From: Eledone cirrhosa
Taxonomy: Eukaryota
Direction: 5' to 3'
Assembly (NCBI GenBank): GCA_964016885.1
Contig: OZ024742.1
Coordinates: 7,750,001-7,814,000 of the forward strand
DNA length: 64,000 bases
The notes below the pieces were generated by a model. It had not been told where the DNA came from, ran no database searches, and saw nothing but the letters and a program-made list of their open reading frames with translations. The position numbers were made by a program, and so were the translations under genes. Shown here one piece after another: positions 39,733-55,142 of this stretch (the first letter of the stretch is position 1; the number at the start of each line of letters is the position of its first letter).

Positions 39733-40165
39733 TCTGTTTGTTATATTATGTTGTAGCGTGTTGTATTACACTTACATTATAATATACATGAATAATTATA
39801 TGCGTGTTCTCTTATCAAAAACAAATATTTTTATTTTCTCTTCTCATTCTCGTTGTCCTCATAGGTTTCATTTGTGTCATTTTCTAGTGTCACTTGGGAT
39901 ATCTAGAATAGAATTTATGGCAAGAATATTTTAAGGTCAAACTAACCTTGTCTTTATTTCCAACTTCAATGTAACATGACAACATTTTACAACTAGATTC
40001 TACGAAAATAAATTGTAAGGCACAAAATGGCTCATTATAGATTATAAAATTATAACACGTTAGCTTATGTTCGTTTATATCACGTCAATAAAATTTATCC
40101 CGGATTCAATCGGGGGTAACCACAGTAAGTAAGGTACTCAATACAAAGCAGAGTATAAATATTTA

Positions 40166-40280
40166 ATATAGAAAAGTTTCTACAGGACTAGAACTGTTTC
40201 ATTCGTGAGAAATCATCAGAAGCTTCCTGATGCTTTCTCACGAATGAAACAGTTCTAGTCCTATAGAAACTTTTCTATAT
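40166..40280. mobile_element. Fold-back with a minimal HHR on both arms
   Basis: Minus strand CTGATGA-tttc tcac gaat-GAAAC-agttcta-GTC; apex agaagcttcc lies immediately 5' of the core. Confidence 0.7.
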
Positions 40281-40389
40281 ATATCTGTTAGACACGCAGT
40301 GACTATCAACAGAATGTTTTAAGTTTGCGTGTCTGACATATATGCGTAGCTTGTGAATAAAAAATTCAAGGGGTGTCGCTGGCTGTGGT

Positions 40390-40590
40390 GATCACGTGCC
40401 AAACATGTTTTGTAATGTATCGTCTTATTGGCTAATTTCATCGTCTTATTGGCTAATCAACCAACGAGAGTAATTGTTGCTGAAAAGTATTCGCCATTTT
40501 GTTTGCACGTTTATTTAACGTTTCGCTTTCGAATCTTCCTCTTGTATTTCGTCGTTATCATCGAAATATTTTTCTCGTTTTGGTAAGTTA
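40390..40590 (+). promoter_or_regulatory. Possible Pol II promoter/first non-coding exon
   Basis: CACGTG at 40393, duplicated ATTGG boxes 40419-40457, CGCCATTTT at 40492, donor-like GTAAGT at 40583. Confidence 0.3.
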
Positions 40591-41011
40591 TATTGTTAAT
40601 TTATATATGATTTTTAAAATTTATATCAACAATTTTTTTGTTCAGCTCATTATAACATGCTTATAATATTGGTTGTATCATATTTACTTGTATATTTGTC
40701 CACATTATTGTTCGCTTTATGTTAGATTATTTTATTATTATTATGTTAGACTATTTGTATGTAATATTTAATGTTTATTAATTCAACTATAACAATTAGT
40801 ATGTAAAATATATTTATTTAATATTGATTGTTTTTTGTAGTTGTTTATATTAAAAGTCTGAAAATATTTTTATACCTCTTACAATAATATTTATAAGATC
40901 ATTTATAATAACAATTATATAATTTCATTACATTACAACGAAAATGTATTATTAATATGTATCATGTTTAACTAGAGTTATTGCAAGCGTTGCCTTAAAA
41001 ATTATTTAACA

Positions 41012-41455
41012 AGACCTGAAAAATGCGCAAGCTCAAAAGAGCCACAGAATGTTATAATAAACCTTCAAAAGTGTGAGACTAGAGTTGTTGCTCAAAAATA
41101 TTGTAATCATTATCTATCGTACACTCTGTGGCATCCTTTTATAAAAAAAAAAGAGACTCATAATGAACTCAAGAAGACACGATAATTATTTAAGTGAATT
41201 TATAATATAGAATTCGGTTTAAGTGCATTTCCTATTAATAATTACTAAACATCTAATATGAGATATCGAACATTAGCTTAAATAATAATCGTGTCGACTT
41301 GAGATCATTATGAGTCTCTTTTTTATAAAAAGATGCTACAGAATGTACGATAGATAATTATTACAATATTTTTGAGCAACAACTCTAGTCCCACACTTTT
41401 CAAGGTTTATTATAACATTCTGTGGCTCTTTTGAGCTTGCGCATTTTTCAGGTCT
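41012..41455. mobile_element. MITE-like element with ~160-bp inverted arms
   Basis: 41012-41172 pairs with 41298-41455. Confidence 0.7.
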
Positions 41456-42216
41456 AGTATGTATCTCCCTACACATCCATACACATACTTATGCATGTAT
41501 ATATTGTTGTAGATGTGTTAAATATATAAAATACCAAACATTGATTGAACGAAGGACTCAATACATCAATAAAATCAAATATTTATTATAATATTTCTGA
41601 TAGGGACTTCGAAATGTCGCTTTTACAAAAGTTCAAACCAGTCGACATCCATTTCACATTTTATGCGAGGTCGATAAATAAAGTACCAGTCCAATACTGG
41701 GTATCTCTTTCTCACGTTCTTTCTATCACACACACACACTCTCTCTCTCTCTTTCTCACGTCATTTTTATCACACACACACACATTCTCTCTCTATTTCT
41801 CTATGACTCTCTCTCTTTCTCATATCCTTTCTATCACACACTCTCTCTCGCTCTTCCTTTCTCTCTATATCTCTTTCTCGTTTTTTTTTCTTTCCCTCTT
41901 TCTCGCGTCGTTTTTATCACTCTCTAATTATCTCTCTTTCTTTCGTTCTTTCTTTCTTTCTCTCTCTTTCTCTCTGTCTGCCTCTCTCTTTTTCTTTCTC
42001 TCTTCCTCTATCTCCTTCGCTGTAAGAAACCGCTGAAGCGGTTAGTCTCCCCTAGGTTTAAAGTACTCAAGCATGTCACTTGGGTGCCCCTACCAATCCA
42101 CTGGTTGACACACCATACACTACTAACATAATCCCTGCTCAATGTTCAAGGATGTTGTGAAACATTTAAGGATTCCATTTCAAATATTGACTTTTATATG
42201 ACTTAGTTATTATGTA

Positions 42217-43075
42217 TATATAATAGAGTGTATAAATTGATATTAACTATATATAATAGAGTGTATAAATTGATGTTAACTATATATAATAGAGTGTATA
42301 AATTGATGTTAACTATATATAATAGAGTGTATAAATTGATATTAACTATATATAATAGAGTGTATAAATTGATATTAACTATATATAATAGAGTGTATAA
42401 ATTGATGTTAACTATATATAATAGAGTGTATAAATTGATATTAACTATATATAATAGAGTGTATAAATTGATATTAACTATATATAATAGAGTGTATAAA
42501 TTGATGTTAACTATATATAATAGAGTGTATAAATTGATATTAACTATATATAATAGAGTGTATAAATTGATATTAACTATATATAATAGAGTGTATAAAT
42601 TGATGTTAACTATATATAATAGAGTGTATAAATTGATGTTAACTATATATAATAGAGTGTATAAATTGATATTAACTATATATAATAGAGTGTATAAATT
42701 GATGTTAACTATATATAATAGAGTGTATAAATTGATGTTAACTATATATAATAGAGTGTATAAATTGATATTAACTATATATAATAGAGTGTATAAATTG
42801 ATATTAACTATATATAATAGAGTGTATAAATTGATGTTAACTATATATAATAGAGTGTATAAATTGATGTTAACTATATATAATAGAGTGTATAAATTGA
42901 TATAAACTATATATAATAGAGTGTATAAATTGATGTTAACTATATATAATAGAGTGTATAAATTGATGTTAACTATATATAATAGAGTGTATAAATTGAT
43001 GCTAACTATATATAATAGAGTGTATAAATTGATGTTAACTATATATAATAGAGTGTATAAATTGATGTTAACTAT
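42217..43075. repeat. 33-bp AT-rich minisatellite, ~26 copies
   Basis: Unit tatataatagagtgtataaattgat(a/g)ttaacta. Confidence 0.95.
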
Positions 43076-43079
43076 GGCA

Positions 43080-44630
43080 TGGGAGACGTGACTCTCTACT
43101 TACCAGTGACCCTCCAATGGACATACCACATAGTCTATGCACTTGCTCGGCACTGTGTCTTGTTACACCTACGTTATCAATAATATTGAGAGCATTGAAT
43201 TAGGATTTTGTTGGGCAAGTTACTGTCCTCCCGTAGTAAGTCTCTTTGATATTTCGTTCAATAGTTTGTAATCGTATGATTGAAAGGAAGTGTTTGTATC
43301 GATGCTATAATTTCCAGGTGTACTGGCTTGCGGGTTGATGAATGGATCAAACTAATCGACATGTCTTTTCTAATTTAGTTCGAATATCTGATTACATTCA
43401 ATATAGATCTTACTTCATATATGAGGTTTTGTTGAATATGTTTTAAGGGAGGGGCGTTAAGGCAGCCACAACTAAATTTTTAACTAAATTATATGTTTTT
43501 TGGTGTCATTGGAAGATTTGTCGGTAAATTGCAACTTAGCTTTGTTGATGATTTTTTTGTTTTATTTTGTGGGTTCGTATAAAGAATAATTTAATCTTAA
43601 GATGACATTTAGGAAATGTTTTATATTAAGAAGGTTGCCCGCTATGTTTCTTAAACAATTGATAGAGTTTCTCCCGGAATCGAACGGTAGATTGGAGAAG
43701 GGTAATCTCTAAGTAGGAACAAGCCCTGGAGAAAACTGAATATTTTAATCTATACAGATTGACAATTATATTAAATTTGGTGGAATACTTCATTATCCTT
43801 CTCAAGACGAATGGATCAGTGTTGAATATGATGATAAAAGATGATAAAATAATTGTTTCTACTTTAGGCATAAGGCCAGCAATTACTCAGTGCATTACTG
43901 GTACTTTATTTTATCGACCCCGTAAGGATGAGAGGCAAAGTCAACCTCGGCGGGATTTGAACTCAGATCGTAAAAGATGATAAAATAATGTAAGTTTTCT
44001 AGCATGTAATGTGACATAAATATCGAGAGGTGATAGTGGTAATTGTTTTCATGAATTTATGAGCAGCTATATGAAGGTGGTTGATGACAGATTTGTTTTA
44101 GTTGTGAATATTGAAGTGGTAAAGGTAATAATTGTTTTGGTCGTTGGCAGCTTTGTTGACAAAACTGACAACTCTATTTATTCCAAATAATAAGGTGTGA
44201 ACCGATTTTAATTTTGGAAATCGTGGAATCGTAAGCGGTTATGTTGACATGTCAAAAATTGGATTTTAATATATTGTTAAAAGTAATTGAGGATGTGTGG
44301 TTGGTTCAGTAAGTTGCTTCCTTTTTTATAGAATTTTATAGAATGTTTTAGCTGTTAGATTATATTTTCTATATCCTCTGTTGAATGTTTTGACTGTATT
44401 TTTCACTGAAGTAATGATATCGTTTAGAGTTTCCAGGTAAGTATATTTATAGGCGCTAGAAATAGATTTTGATAAGAATCGCTGTTAAAGCCGTTTATCT
44501 AATTCTCGTTTATCTAATTATATGTTCTTAATTTTGTTTTGGTTTACAAACATATTTTTCCATTTCTTAATCCGTTTAATTTCTCCTGGGGTTATTTTAC
44601 AAAGGATTGTATATATGCTCACTGAATTAA
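43080..44630 (-). mobile_element. Highly decayed PLE (Naiad-like) coding remnant interrupted by a SINE
   Basis: Frameshifted fragments LSKSISSAYKY, KHF/FPKCHL, SCGCLNAP, YTWK on the minus strand. Confidence 0.3.
43850..43975 (-). mobile_element. SINE, 5'-truncated
   Basis: Matches 798-920. Confidence 0.8.
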
Positions 44631-44689
44631 ATACACTTGATCATCAACATTATCTCATGTTTGAATCGTTGTAAGATATGGTTTGTGAT

Positions 44690-44815
44690 TTAAGCACAAG
44701 GCCAACAATTTTGGAGAGGAAGCGAAAGTGCGTTACAGGTACTTTATTTTATCGACCCAATACAGATGTAAGGCAAAGCTACCCCTGGCGGGATTTGAAC
44801 TTAGAACGTAGAGGC
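44690..44815 (-). mobile_element. SINE, diverged
   Basis: ggtactttattttatcgaccc...ggcgggatttgaact. Confidence 0.65.
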
Positions 44816-46249
44816 CGGAAAATGGTTGTAACATAGTGTTAGTCCGTATTAGTACGTATTTAGGATGTTTGACAGAATCATTCGTGCATAGATAAACTCG
44901 TCGTATTCTTAACAAAATTTGACGGTATTTTAAAAGTTGATATTTGAGGTATATTTTCTGTGGCGAGTGGAATATTCTTGTGGTAGTAACATATGTATTT
45001 TGTAAATCAACAGAATGTTTTGAAACATTTCAACGAAAGGAGGGAAATTGTGAACATTTAACAATGTAGGTTTTTTAATAAACCTCGCTTGAAGATGTCT
45101 AAATTATTCAGGCTGTAATGTGATGAAAATGAACGGTAGTGATATTTTATGAATAATATATATATAATTGATTATATGATTTACATGTTTTTTTTACAAG
45201 AAATCTAACTTTTACCAATAATAATATCGTGTGATTCCTCTCTGTTCGAAAGTTTTAGCGCTTTAGATTGAGGCGGTATTGGTGAACCACAGATCGAAGT
45301 GTTTGGCGGCAACAAGTAATCGAAGTGTTTGGCAAACACCTAAGACCATTCCTTATTATATCATCTATCATTCTTTCTCTTAAATATTTTTTTTTCAAAT
45401 TCATGTATAATATAACCTAACCACAAGAAACCAAATAGGTTCTCCTCGTTTTATGTAAATAAGACCATTGTTTGCCTTTAACCTGTAAACAAAACTCTTA
45501 GATTTCCTGAACCCATAAACATAACACCCAGAAAACACCGTAAACCTGCACTCGTAACATCTACCAAACCAAACCCGATTTTGTAAACCAGCTATATATG
45601 TATAGCCCCATAACTCCTGATGTGTGCCAGGAGCATTTAAAGCCTGGCGGAGACTATCCTCTCTCCAGCTCTGATCACGGCTAATTTCTTTCACAGACAG
45701 AGATAGGGAGAGTAAATGAGAAAGATATATAGAGGAAAAATGGACCTCAGGAATGGACGGTTAGGTTTTCTTGACCTCGAACGGAAGAAAGTTAAAGTTA
45801 ATCTCGGCGAGGTTTGAACTCAACGCGCAGAGAACCAGAAATAATACCATAAAAAATTGTATCAGATGTTTTAATGAATCTGCCAATTTCTCGCCCACAT
45901 CATAGTATACTTAATGTAAATAAATGTTTCAAATCTATTTAACGGAAGAATCTTCACAAAGTTAAACCAGGTTAGGAAAACTATATTTCTTTGGCGATAA
46001 ACATATCTACTCTGTGTAAACTTCAAAGTAAGAATTTATGCTTGGTAGAATACTAACATAGCAATCTTCAGATATTTGAAAACTCTACTCTCTTGCTGTC
46101 TTACAGCAATACCGTTCAGTGACTTGTCGAAAGGTATAGTACAAAGTAGTGAAAACTTTCGGTAGATTCGTTTTATCTTGAGGTCTGTGTGAGACAGAGA
46201 GATAAACAGTTAGTTACATATATATATGTATATATATATTTATTGTGAA

Positions 46250-46336
<87 letters not shown>

Positions 46337-46521
46337 TAGATAGATTGAAAAATAGATAAATAGATGGATGGATAAATTGGTAGATAGATTGATTGATTGG
46401 TGTATTGGGCAGTCTATAGACAAAAAAATTTTGTGACATACAAACATTCATTTGCTATATAAATACATGCATACATAAATGCACACACAGACAAACGCAC
46501 GCACGCACACACACATACACA

Positions 46522-46567
<46 letters not shown>

Positions 46568-47012
46568 CATGCCTACATATATATATACATACATGCCTAC
46601 ATACATACACATATACATACATACACACATACATGCATACAAACATAAATATATACATACTTAAATATACATACATACATATATATATACATAATATCTA
46701 CATGCATACATACACACATATATACATACATAAAAAGCGTGCTGGCCTAGGGGTATAATTTTAGTGCTCTGCAGTGAATGTAGACAAACACTTTAGGTTT
46801 AGAATGATGGAATCAATCTCTGAAAACACGCAACTATTTCTACTGTCAATTAATTTATATCATAATTCCAGACGAACGATGAAAATGTTGTGCAAAACAA
46901 ACAAAAAAAAAGTATATATATATATATATATGTAAACATTTTCATAGAAATCTTTTCACAAAATTATTTCTTCTTATCATTCACTTTCCTTTTTTTTTGA
47001 ATAAACACACAC

Positions 47013-47047
<35 letters not shown>

Positions 47048-47072
47048 TATACACACACATATATATATTCAT

Positions 47073-47135
<63 letters not shown>

Positions 47136-47262
47136 TACATACACACACAGATATATACGTATATATGTGTGAGTGTATGTGCGTGTGTGTGCGTGTGTGT
47201 ATGCTTTTTGTGTGTCTGTGTGTTTGTGTCTCTATGTGTGTGTGAATATCTTCCTATAATTC

Positions 47263-47356
<94 letters not shown>

Positions 47357-49434
47357 TTTCTTCTTTCTTCTATACTCTAAGTCTCTGTTGATATTTCTTC
47401 ACTGTTTTTATTTTCATTTAATATTTCTGTTTGTGTTACGACATTGGAATTTCTCAAGTTTTTATTTCTCTGAAGTTAATCTGAAATCTAAACAGCGATG
47501 CCATTAAATAAGGTGCTACGTTAAAGGTAGACAATGGTTTGTCGGGCATTCGAGGGAAATATAAGGACATCTTTATGTTTTCCTTACTTAAAGAAAAACT
47601 TTGTAAGGGAAGAATGTAGGGAGAGTGTTCCCCTTTTAAATATTATTTGTATTAAGCACGATATGTGAGAAAAGGGAAGGGACCAAATGATATTGTATCT
47701 ATAACACACCAGCACCAGTTTCAATGCTACCAAGGTCAAATTTTCCTTTCATCTTTCGGTGTCGATAAAAAGTATGTCAGTCCAGTATTAGGGTCTATTA
47801 TTCCTTTATGTCTTTTTAACTTCTCTCTCTCTTCTCTCCTGTCACTCTCTTTCCCCTTCTCATTCTCTTGGAGAAATCTCCGGTTCTCAGATCTGGAGAG
47901 TGGATTAACCCTACCACCTTTAAAATGCCCGAGATACGCCGTATATCACGTTAGCACCCCTAAGACCCAATCAGTATTTACGCACGAAGTACCTATCAAA
48001 CAGAACTACATCATGTTACACATCATAAATGAAGAGATCCAATGATTGGTTTCCTAGACATTAGTTACTGCGATATAAAATATGAATTAATAAAAAAAAC
48101 AACTAGTAATATCCGTACGGATATCGCCATACCAATAAGATATACACATATCCACCATGATAAAATACATGAACTCCTATCAAACAAACCAATATTTTCG
48201 AATGGTTAAGAAGCTCGGCTTCAACTCATGTCAACCATTTGATCCTACTGTATTGAATGTGGGCCTCCTATCATTTATTAAAACCCCAGTATGACTGAAC
48301 TTGTGTGATTAAAAATATATAGGTGGAAACCGAATTGATTGTAACTGTAATTAGAGAAATTAGTTTTAGTACACTGTGTCTTTTTGAATCTCTTCAAGAA
48401 TTAGGTTAATGTCACAATCATGTCATTTTAATGTGCAGGCTGGTCTCTTTATTTAATAACTGGAACACTCATCGTCAAAACCAAAGTAAGTCCATTCCAG
48501 AGAATCCATATTTAAATAAATTCCCTTATTCGGTATTCACCGACGGTAAACGTTTCTCTATAATTTCATTACAATTATCTTTAGCCCAATTCTGGCCTTA
48601 TAAAAACAATGCAACCATGTTTTGTTGTTGTTTTTTTTGTATTTATCCTCCTTTTTCTCCGAAATAGTGTACTTAGGTTCTGTTATTCATTCTCACATTT
48701 CTTTTCTGATGAACATATCACTGTTATTCAGAAAAGGACGATCGAAGAAGTAGAGACCAATTTCTTCTGGTACCATAATTCTTCTCCCACTATGAGCTCT
48801 CCTAAAGTTTTAATGACTTCATACTAATTTAGAAATTTGTACAAAATATTTTAGGGATTAATGGGATTGAAGGTGTTGTGTAAGTAGTAATTATGTGATG
48901 TCAACTAATTAGATGTTAACTACAGGAGGGAAGTGAAGGGATTTGAACATTCTCTCGGTAAATGGAAATAGTCACTGACCAACTAGGAGGTGACTTCTTG
49001 TATGTTGTCGCTGCATGCATCTGTAATAATGTGTCGTGTTGCAGGATATTATTTCAACATGGTTACCATGCCTACGGTTTCTGTCAGAACAAAGCCAGTG
49101 AGTCATCGAAACCTTCAATATCCAACAAAACTACAGATAGCCCCTCCATTATATTATGTCTTTCAATACATCACACTCACGTTCACATGACACCTATACA
49201 GGCACATACAGGGAGGAACGCATATACACACAGATACACAAGCACGTACATACACATGCACATACAGGGAGGCACGCATATACACACAGATACACAAGCA
49301 CCTACATACACATGCAAATATGGAGAGGCACGCATAGGAATACACCCACACGCGCGTGCGTACACATGCGCATATAGACGTGCTAATACATACAAGCTCG
49401 AGAAACATATGCTTGTGTGCATACGTACACATTC

Positions 49435-49800
49435 AAATATAGACACGTATATACACACACAGGAACACAACCACACACACGTGTGTACACATGCGCATAT
49501 AGACACACATATACACACACAGGAACACAACCACACACACGTGTGTACACATGCGCATATAGACACACATATACACACACAGGAACACAACCACACACAC
49601 GTGTGTACACATGCGCATATAGACACACATATACACACACAGGAACACAACCACACACGCGTGTGTACACATGCGCATATAGACACACATATACACACAC
49701 AGGAACACAACCACACACACGTGTGTACACATGCGCATATAGACACACATATACACACACAGGAACACAACCACACACGCGTGTGTACACATGCACATAT
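49435..49800. repeat. 60-bp minisatellite, ~6 copies, CA-derived
   Basis: Near-identical 60-nt lines from 49441 to 49800. Confidence 0.9.
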
Positions 49801-50332
49801 AGTCATGTATATACACACATAGGAACAAAAACGTATGTGAGTTTGTACACATGTGTATATAGTCACGTATATACACACACACACAGGGACACAACCACAC
49901 ACGCGTGTGTAGAAGAACGCATATACTCACGCATACACACACCTAGAAAGAGAATGATACGCTGGGTTGTACACGAGCAAACATACACACACACATCCCT
50001 AGAAACACATACACACACACGACATACATTGAGACACAGAAAGGAGCACGATTACATTGGCACCAATTCAAAATATCTGGCAGACAAAATATAGAGAATG
50101 TAGCTGTTAACCAAATAGCACAGTGGCAATAGAAGTGAGCGCTACGTTGGTAACATAGTCTCCATAGAATAGAAAATAGGTGTTAACTGTTTTAGAATAT
50201 CAAAGACGGTTGTCTAATATCGAAAGTAATTCAATTTATGTCAGATTCACTCCTGTTCTTTACTAAATCTATTTAGATTTCACACCTTAATTGCTTTACT
50301 TAAATTCCGCTTCTTTTCGAGGAAACTACATG

Positions 50333-51535
50333 GTAACAACAACAACAGCAGTAATAACAACAACAGCAGTAACAACAATAGCAACAGCAATAACAACAAT
50401 AGCAACAGCAGTAATAACAACAGCAGTAATAACAACAACAGCAGTAACAACAATAGCAACAACAGCAGTAACAACAATAGCAACAACAGCAATAATAACA
50501 ACAACAGCAGTAATAACAACAACAGCAGTAACAACAATAGCAACAACAGTTGTAACAACAACAGCAGTAATAACAAAAACAGCAGTAATAACACAACAGC
50601 AGTAACAACAATAGCAACAACAGTAATAACAACAACAGCAGTAATAACAACAGTAGTAGCAACAACAACAACAATAGCAACAGCAGCACTAACAAGAGCA
50701 GTAACAACAGCAGTAACAACAATAGCAACAACAGTAATAACAACAACAGCAGTAATAACAACAGTAGTAGCAACAACAACAACAATAGCAACAGCAGCAC
50801 TAACAAGAGCAGTAACAACAGCAGTAACAGCAGTAACAACAATAGCAACAACAGTAATAACAACAGCAGTAACAACAACAGCAGCAGTAACAACAACGAT
50901 AGTAACAACAACAACAACAACAGTAGAAACAACAGCAACAGTAGTAATAAGGAAAACAGACACAGCAGCAGTAGCAACAGCAACAGCAGCATTAACAACA
51001 GCAGCAGCAACAACGCCAGCAACAGCAGCAGTAACAACAGCAGCAGCAACAACACCAGCAACATCAGCAGTAACAACAGCAGCAGCAACAACACCAGCAA
51101 CAGCAGCAGTAACAACAGCAGCAGCAACAACACCAGCAACATCAGCAGTAACAACAGCAGCAGCAACAACACCAGCAACAGCAGCAGCTACAACACCAGA
51201 AGCTACAACACCAGCAACAGCAGCAGTAACAACAGCAGCAGCTACAACACCAGCAACAGCAGCAGTAACAACAGCAGCAGCTACAACACCAGCAACAGCA
51301 GCAGTAACAACGGCAGCAGATACAACAACAGCAGCAGATACAACAACAGCAGCAGCAGCTACAACACCAGCAACAGCAGCAGTAACAACAGCAGCAGCTA
51401 CAACACCAGCAACAGCAGCACCAGCAACAGAAGAAGCAACAATAGCAACAGCAGCAGTGACAACAAAGACAACAGCAGCAGTAACAACAACAGCAACAGC
51501 AACAACAGCGACAGCAGCAGTAACACCAGCAACAA

Positions 51536-51568
<33 letters not shown>

Positions 51569-51892
51569 CAGTAACAACAAGGAGAACAGTAGCAGCAACA
51601 ACAACAACAACAGCAGCAGCAGCAATAACAGCAACAACAACAACAACAGCAGCAGCAATAACAGCAGTAACACAACAGCACCAGTAACAACAGCAGCAGC
51701 AACAACAGTAGCAGCAACAACAGCAGTAGTAACAACAGCAACAACAACAACAGCAGCAGCGATAACAGCAGCAGTAACAACAGCAACAACAACAGCAGCA
51801 ACAACAGCAGCAGCGACAACAGCAGCAATAGCAGCAGCAGCAACAACAGCAGCAGCGACAACAGCAACAATAACAAGGACAACAATAACAAA
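50333..51892. repeat. Compound trinucleotide (ACA/GCA/GTA) array with a 39-bp higher-order unit
   Basis: acagcagcagtaacaacagcagcagcaacaacaccagca repeated across ~51020-51420. Confidence 0.9.
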
Positions 51893-52010
51893 AACCAGAA
51901 ATTCTTTCTCTTTTTTTTTTCTCTCGTGGAAATAGAAATAAACAACTTCAGAAGAAAGATACAACAGTTGTAGCTAATAGTCCATCTAGTGGTAAAGAAT
52001 GAAATACATA

Positions 52011-52067
<57 letters not shown>

Positions 52068-52102
52068 AGTGTATATTTATATACACGTGCGGGGGTTAGT
52101 GA

Positions 52103-52178
<76 letters not shown>

Positions 52179-52270
52179 AAATACATCATCTATATATACA
52201 TATGTATATATAGGTGTGTGTGTGTGTGTGTATATATGTTTATATGTACCTATATCTCTCTATATATATT

Positions 52271-52309
<39 letters not shown>

Positions 52310-52368
52310 GTGTGTGTGTATATATGTTTATATATATCTATATGTATATGTATATGTATATATATATA

Positions 52369-52400
<32 letters not shown>

Positions 52401-52496
52401 CATATATATTTCTATATATGTGTATATATATATATATACATATATATATTTCTATATATGTGTATATATATATATATATATACATATATATATTTC

Positions 52497-52531
<35 letters not shown>

Positions 52532-52532
<1 letters not shown>

Positions 52533-52870
52533 CGATATTAAACAAATGGAAACTATATTTATAAAACCATATTTATTTCATTATACATATTTCAGGGATA
52601 CCATATTAAAAATATGGCATGCCTTCGTCAGATAAAATACAATATATAAAAAGTTTTATAAATAGTTTTGACGTACCATACATATAAGCGACCATTGAGA
52701 TAGGAGGCTGGCTTGGTAGTGAAGTGTTTATAATTATTTAGTTATAGTGTTAAGCACAGTTAGAGAAGAGAAGTTTAATATCGTATATCTACTCCAAAAA
52801 CTTGTCGAGTGCTTTATAACGGTTATAAAATATTTACTTGTTGTAACCCAACAATTTTAAATAAAACTTT

Positions 52871-52874
<4 letters not shown>
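52532..52874 (-). mobile_element. Family M pLTR-like insertion with HHR (~52576-52638)
   Basis: Minus strand CTGACGA-aggcatgccatatt..aatatggtatccct-GAAA; related to 57504-57565. Confidence 0.65.
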
Positions 52875-52955
<81 letters not shown>

Positions 52956-52956
52956 C

Positions 52957-52987
<31 letters not shown>

Positions 52988-52994
52988 ATATATA

Positions 52995-53172
52995 ACGAAG
53001 GAAATGTGGTAAGGAACCAGGTGGACCATAACGCACCAAAGTACTCAATACTTAGGGTAGTAGAGTGGGTAATAGGAACAAGTAAGACCCCGACGGCTGA
53101 GCTCAAGCCGTTTGGACGGCTAATTCTAGCCGTCAAAACGGCTTGAACTCAGCCGTCGGGGTCTTACTTGTT

Positions 53173-53176
<4 letters not shown>
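52995..53176. mobile_element. Family B fold-back insertion
   Basis: Palindrome centred on ggctaattctagcc. Confidence 0.7.
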
Positions 53177-53234
<58 letters not shown>

Positions 53235-53376
53235 TATATTTCTATATATATATATATAAATATATTTCTATATATATATATATAAATATATTTCTATATA
53301 TATATATATAAATATATTTCTATATATATATATATATATATATAAATATATTTCTATATATATATATATTTATATA

Positions 53377-53437
<61 letters not shown>

Positions 53438-53472
53438 ATATTTATATATATTTATATATATATATATATTTA

Positions 53473-53517
<45 letters not shown>

Positions 53518-53538
53518 GTATATATATATATATATTTA

Positions 53539-53583
<45 letters not shown>

Positions 53584-53608
53584 GTATATATATATATATA
53601 TATATTTA

Positions 53609-53683
<75 letters not shown>

Positions 53684-53684
53684 G

Positions 53685-53737
<53 letters not shown>

Positions 53738-53808
53738 ATATATATATATACTTATATTTATATATAGATATATATATATTTATATGTAATTATATATATA
53801 TAATATAT

Positions 53809-53895
<87 letters not shown>

Positions 53896-53911
53896 TATAT
53901 ATATATAAATA

Positions 53912-54180
53912 TATGTTTGAATATGTGTAATAAAGCCAAAACAATGCAGGTATGGACATAGAAAAAATAATGCAATGGTAAAAGATATTGTTGACAATTC
54001 GTCCTTTATCTTAAATTTATTTAAATAAATTTAAGGTAAAGGACGAATTGTCAGCAATATCTTTTACAATTGCATTCTTTTTCGTATATCCATACCTGCA
54101 TTGTTTTGGCTTTATTACACATATTCAAACGTTTATACCTCATTACACATTGCTTCAAGTGAAGTATAACCTCCTCCCAT
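53912..54180. repeat. Fold-back insertion (duplicate at 58945-59212)
   Basis: Centre aaatttatttaaataaattt at 54013-54032; arms ~105 bp. Confidence 0.8.
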
Positions 54181-54200
54181 ATAAATATATATATAAATAT

Positions 54201-54249
<49 letters not shown>

Positions 54250-54704
54250 TATATATATAAATATATATATATAAATATATATATATATAAATAAATATAT
54301 ATATAAATATATATATATATATAAATAAATATATATATATATATATAAATATGTATATATATAAATAAATATATATTATATATAAATATATATATATATA
54401 AATATATATATATATATCAATAAATATATATATATATAAATATATATATATATAAATAAATATATATATATATAAATAAATATATATATATATATATATA
54501 TAAATATATATATATAAATATATATATTTATATATATATAAATATATATATTTATATAAATATATATATATAAATATATATATTTATATATATATAAATA
54601 TATATATTTATATATATATATATATATATATATAAATATATATTATATATAAATATATATATTATATATAAATATATATATATTATATATAAATATATAT
54701 ATAT

Positions 54705-54736
<32 letters not shown>

Positions 54737-54787
54737 AATATATATATATTATATATAAATATATATATATTATATATAAATATATAT

Positions 54788-54820
<33 letters not shown>

Positions 54821-54874
54821 AATATATATATTTATATATTTATATATATATATATATAAATATATATATTTATA

Positions 54875-54910
<36 letters not shown>

Positions 54911-54941
54911 TTTATATATATATATATATATATATATAAAT

Positions 54942-55000
<59 letters not shown>

Positions 55001-55031
55001 TTTATATATATATATATATATATATATAAAT

Positions 55032-55068
<37 letters not shown>

Positions 55069-55142
55069 AATATATATATTTATATATTTATATATATATA
55101 TATATATAAATATATATATATATATGTATATATAAATATACA

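Noticed and set aside
42228-42905. 225-aa repeat ORF
   Set aside because: Translation of a 33-bp minisatellite
48962-50094. His/Thr/Cys-rich ORFs
   Set aside because: Derived from CA-rich and 60-bp repeats; no recognisable domain
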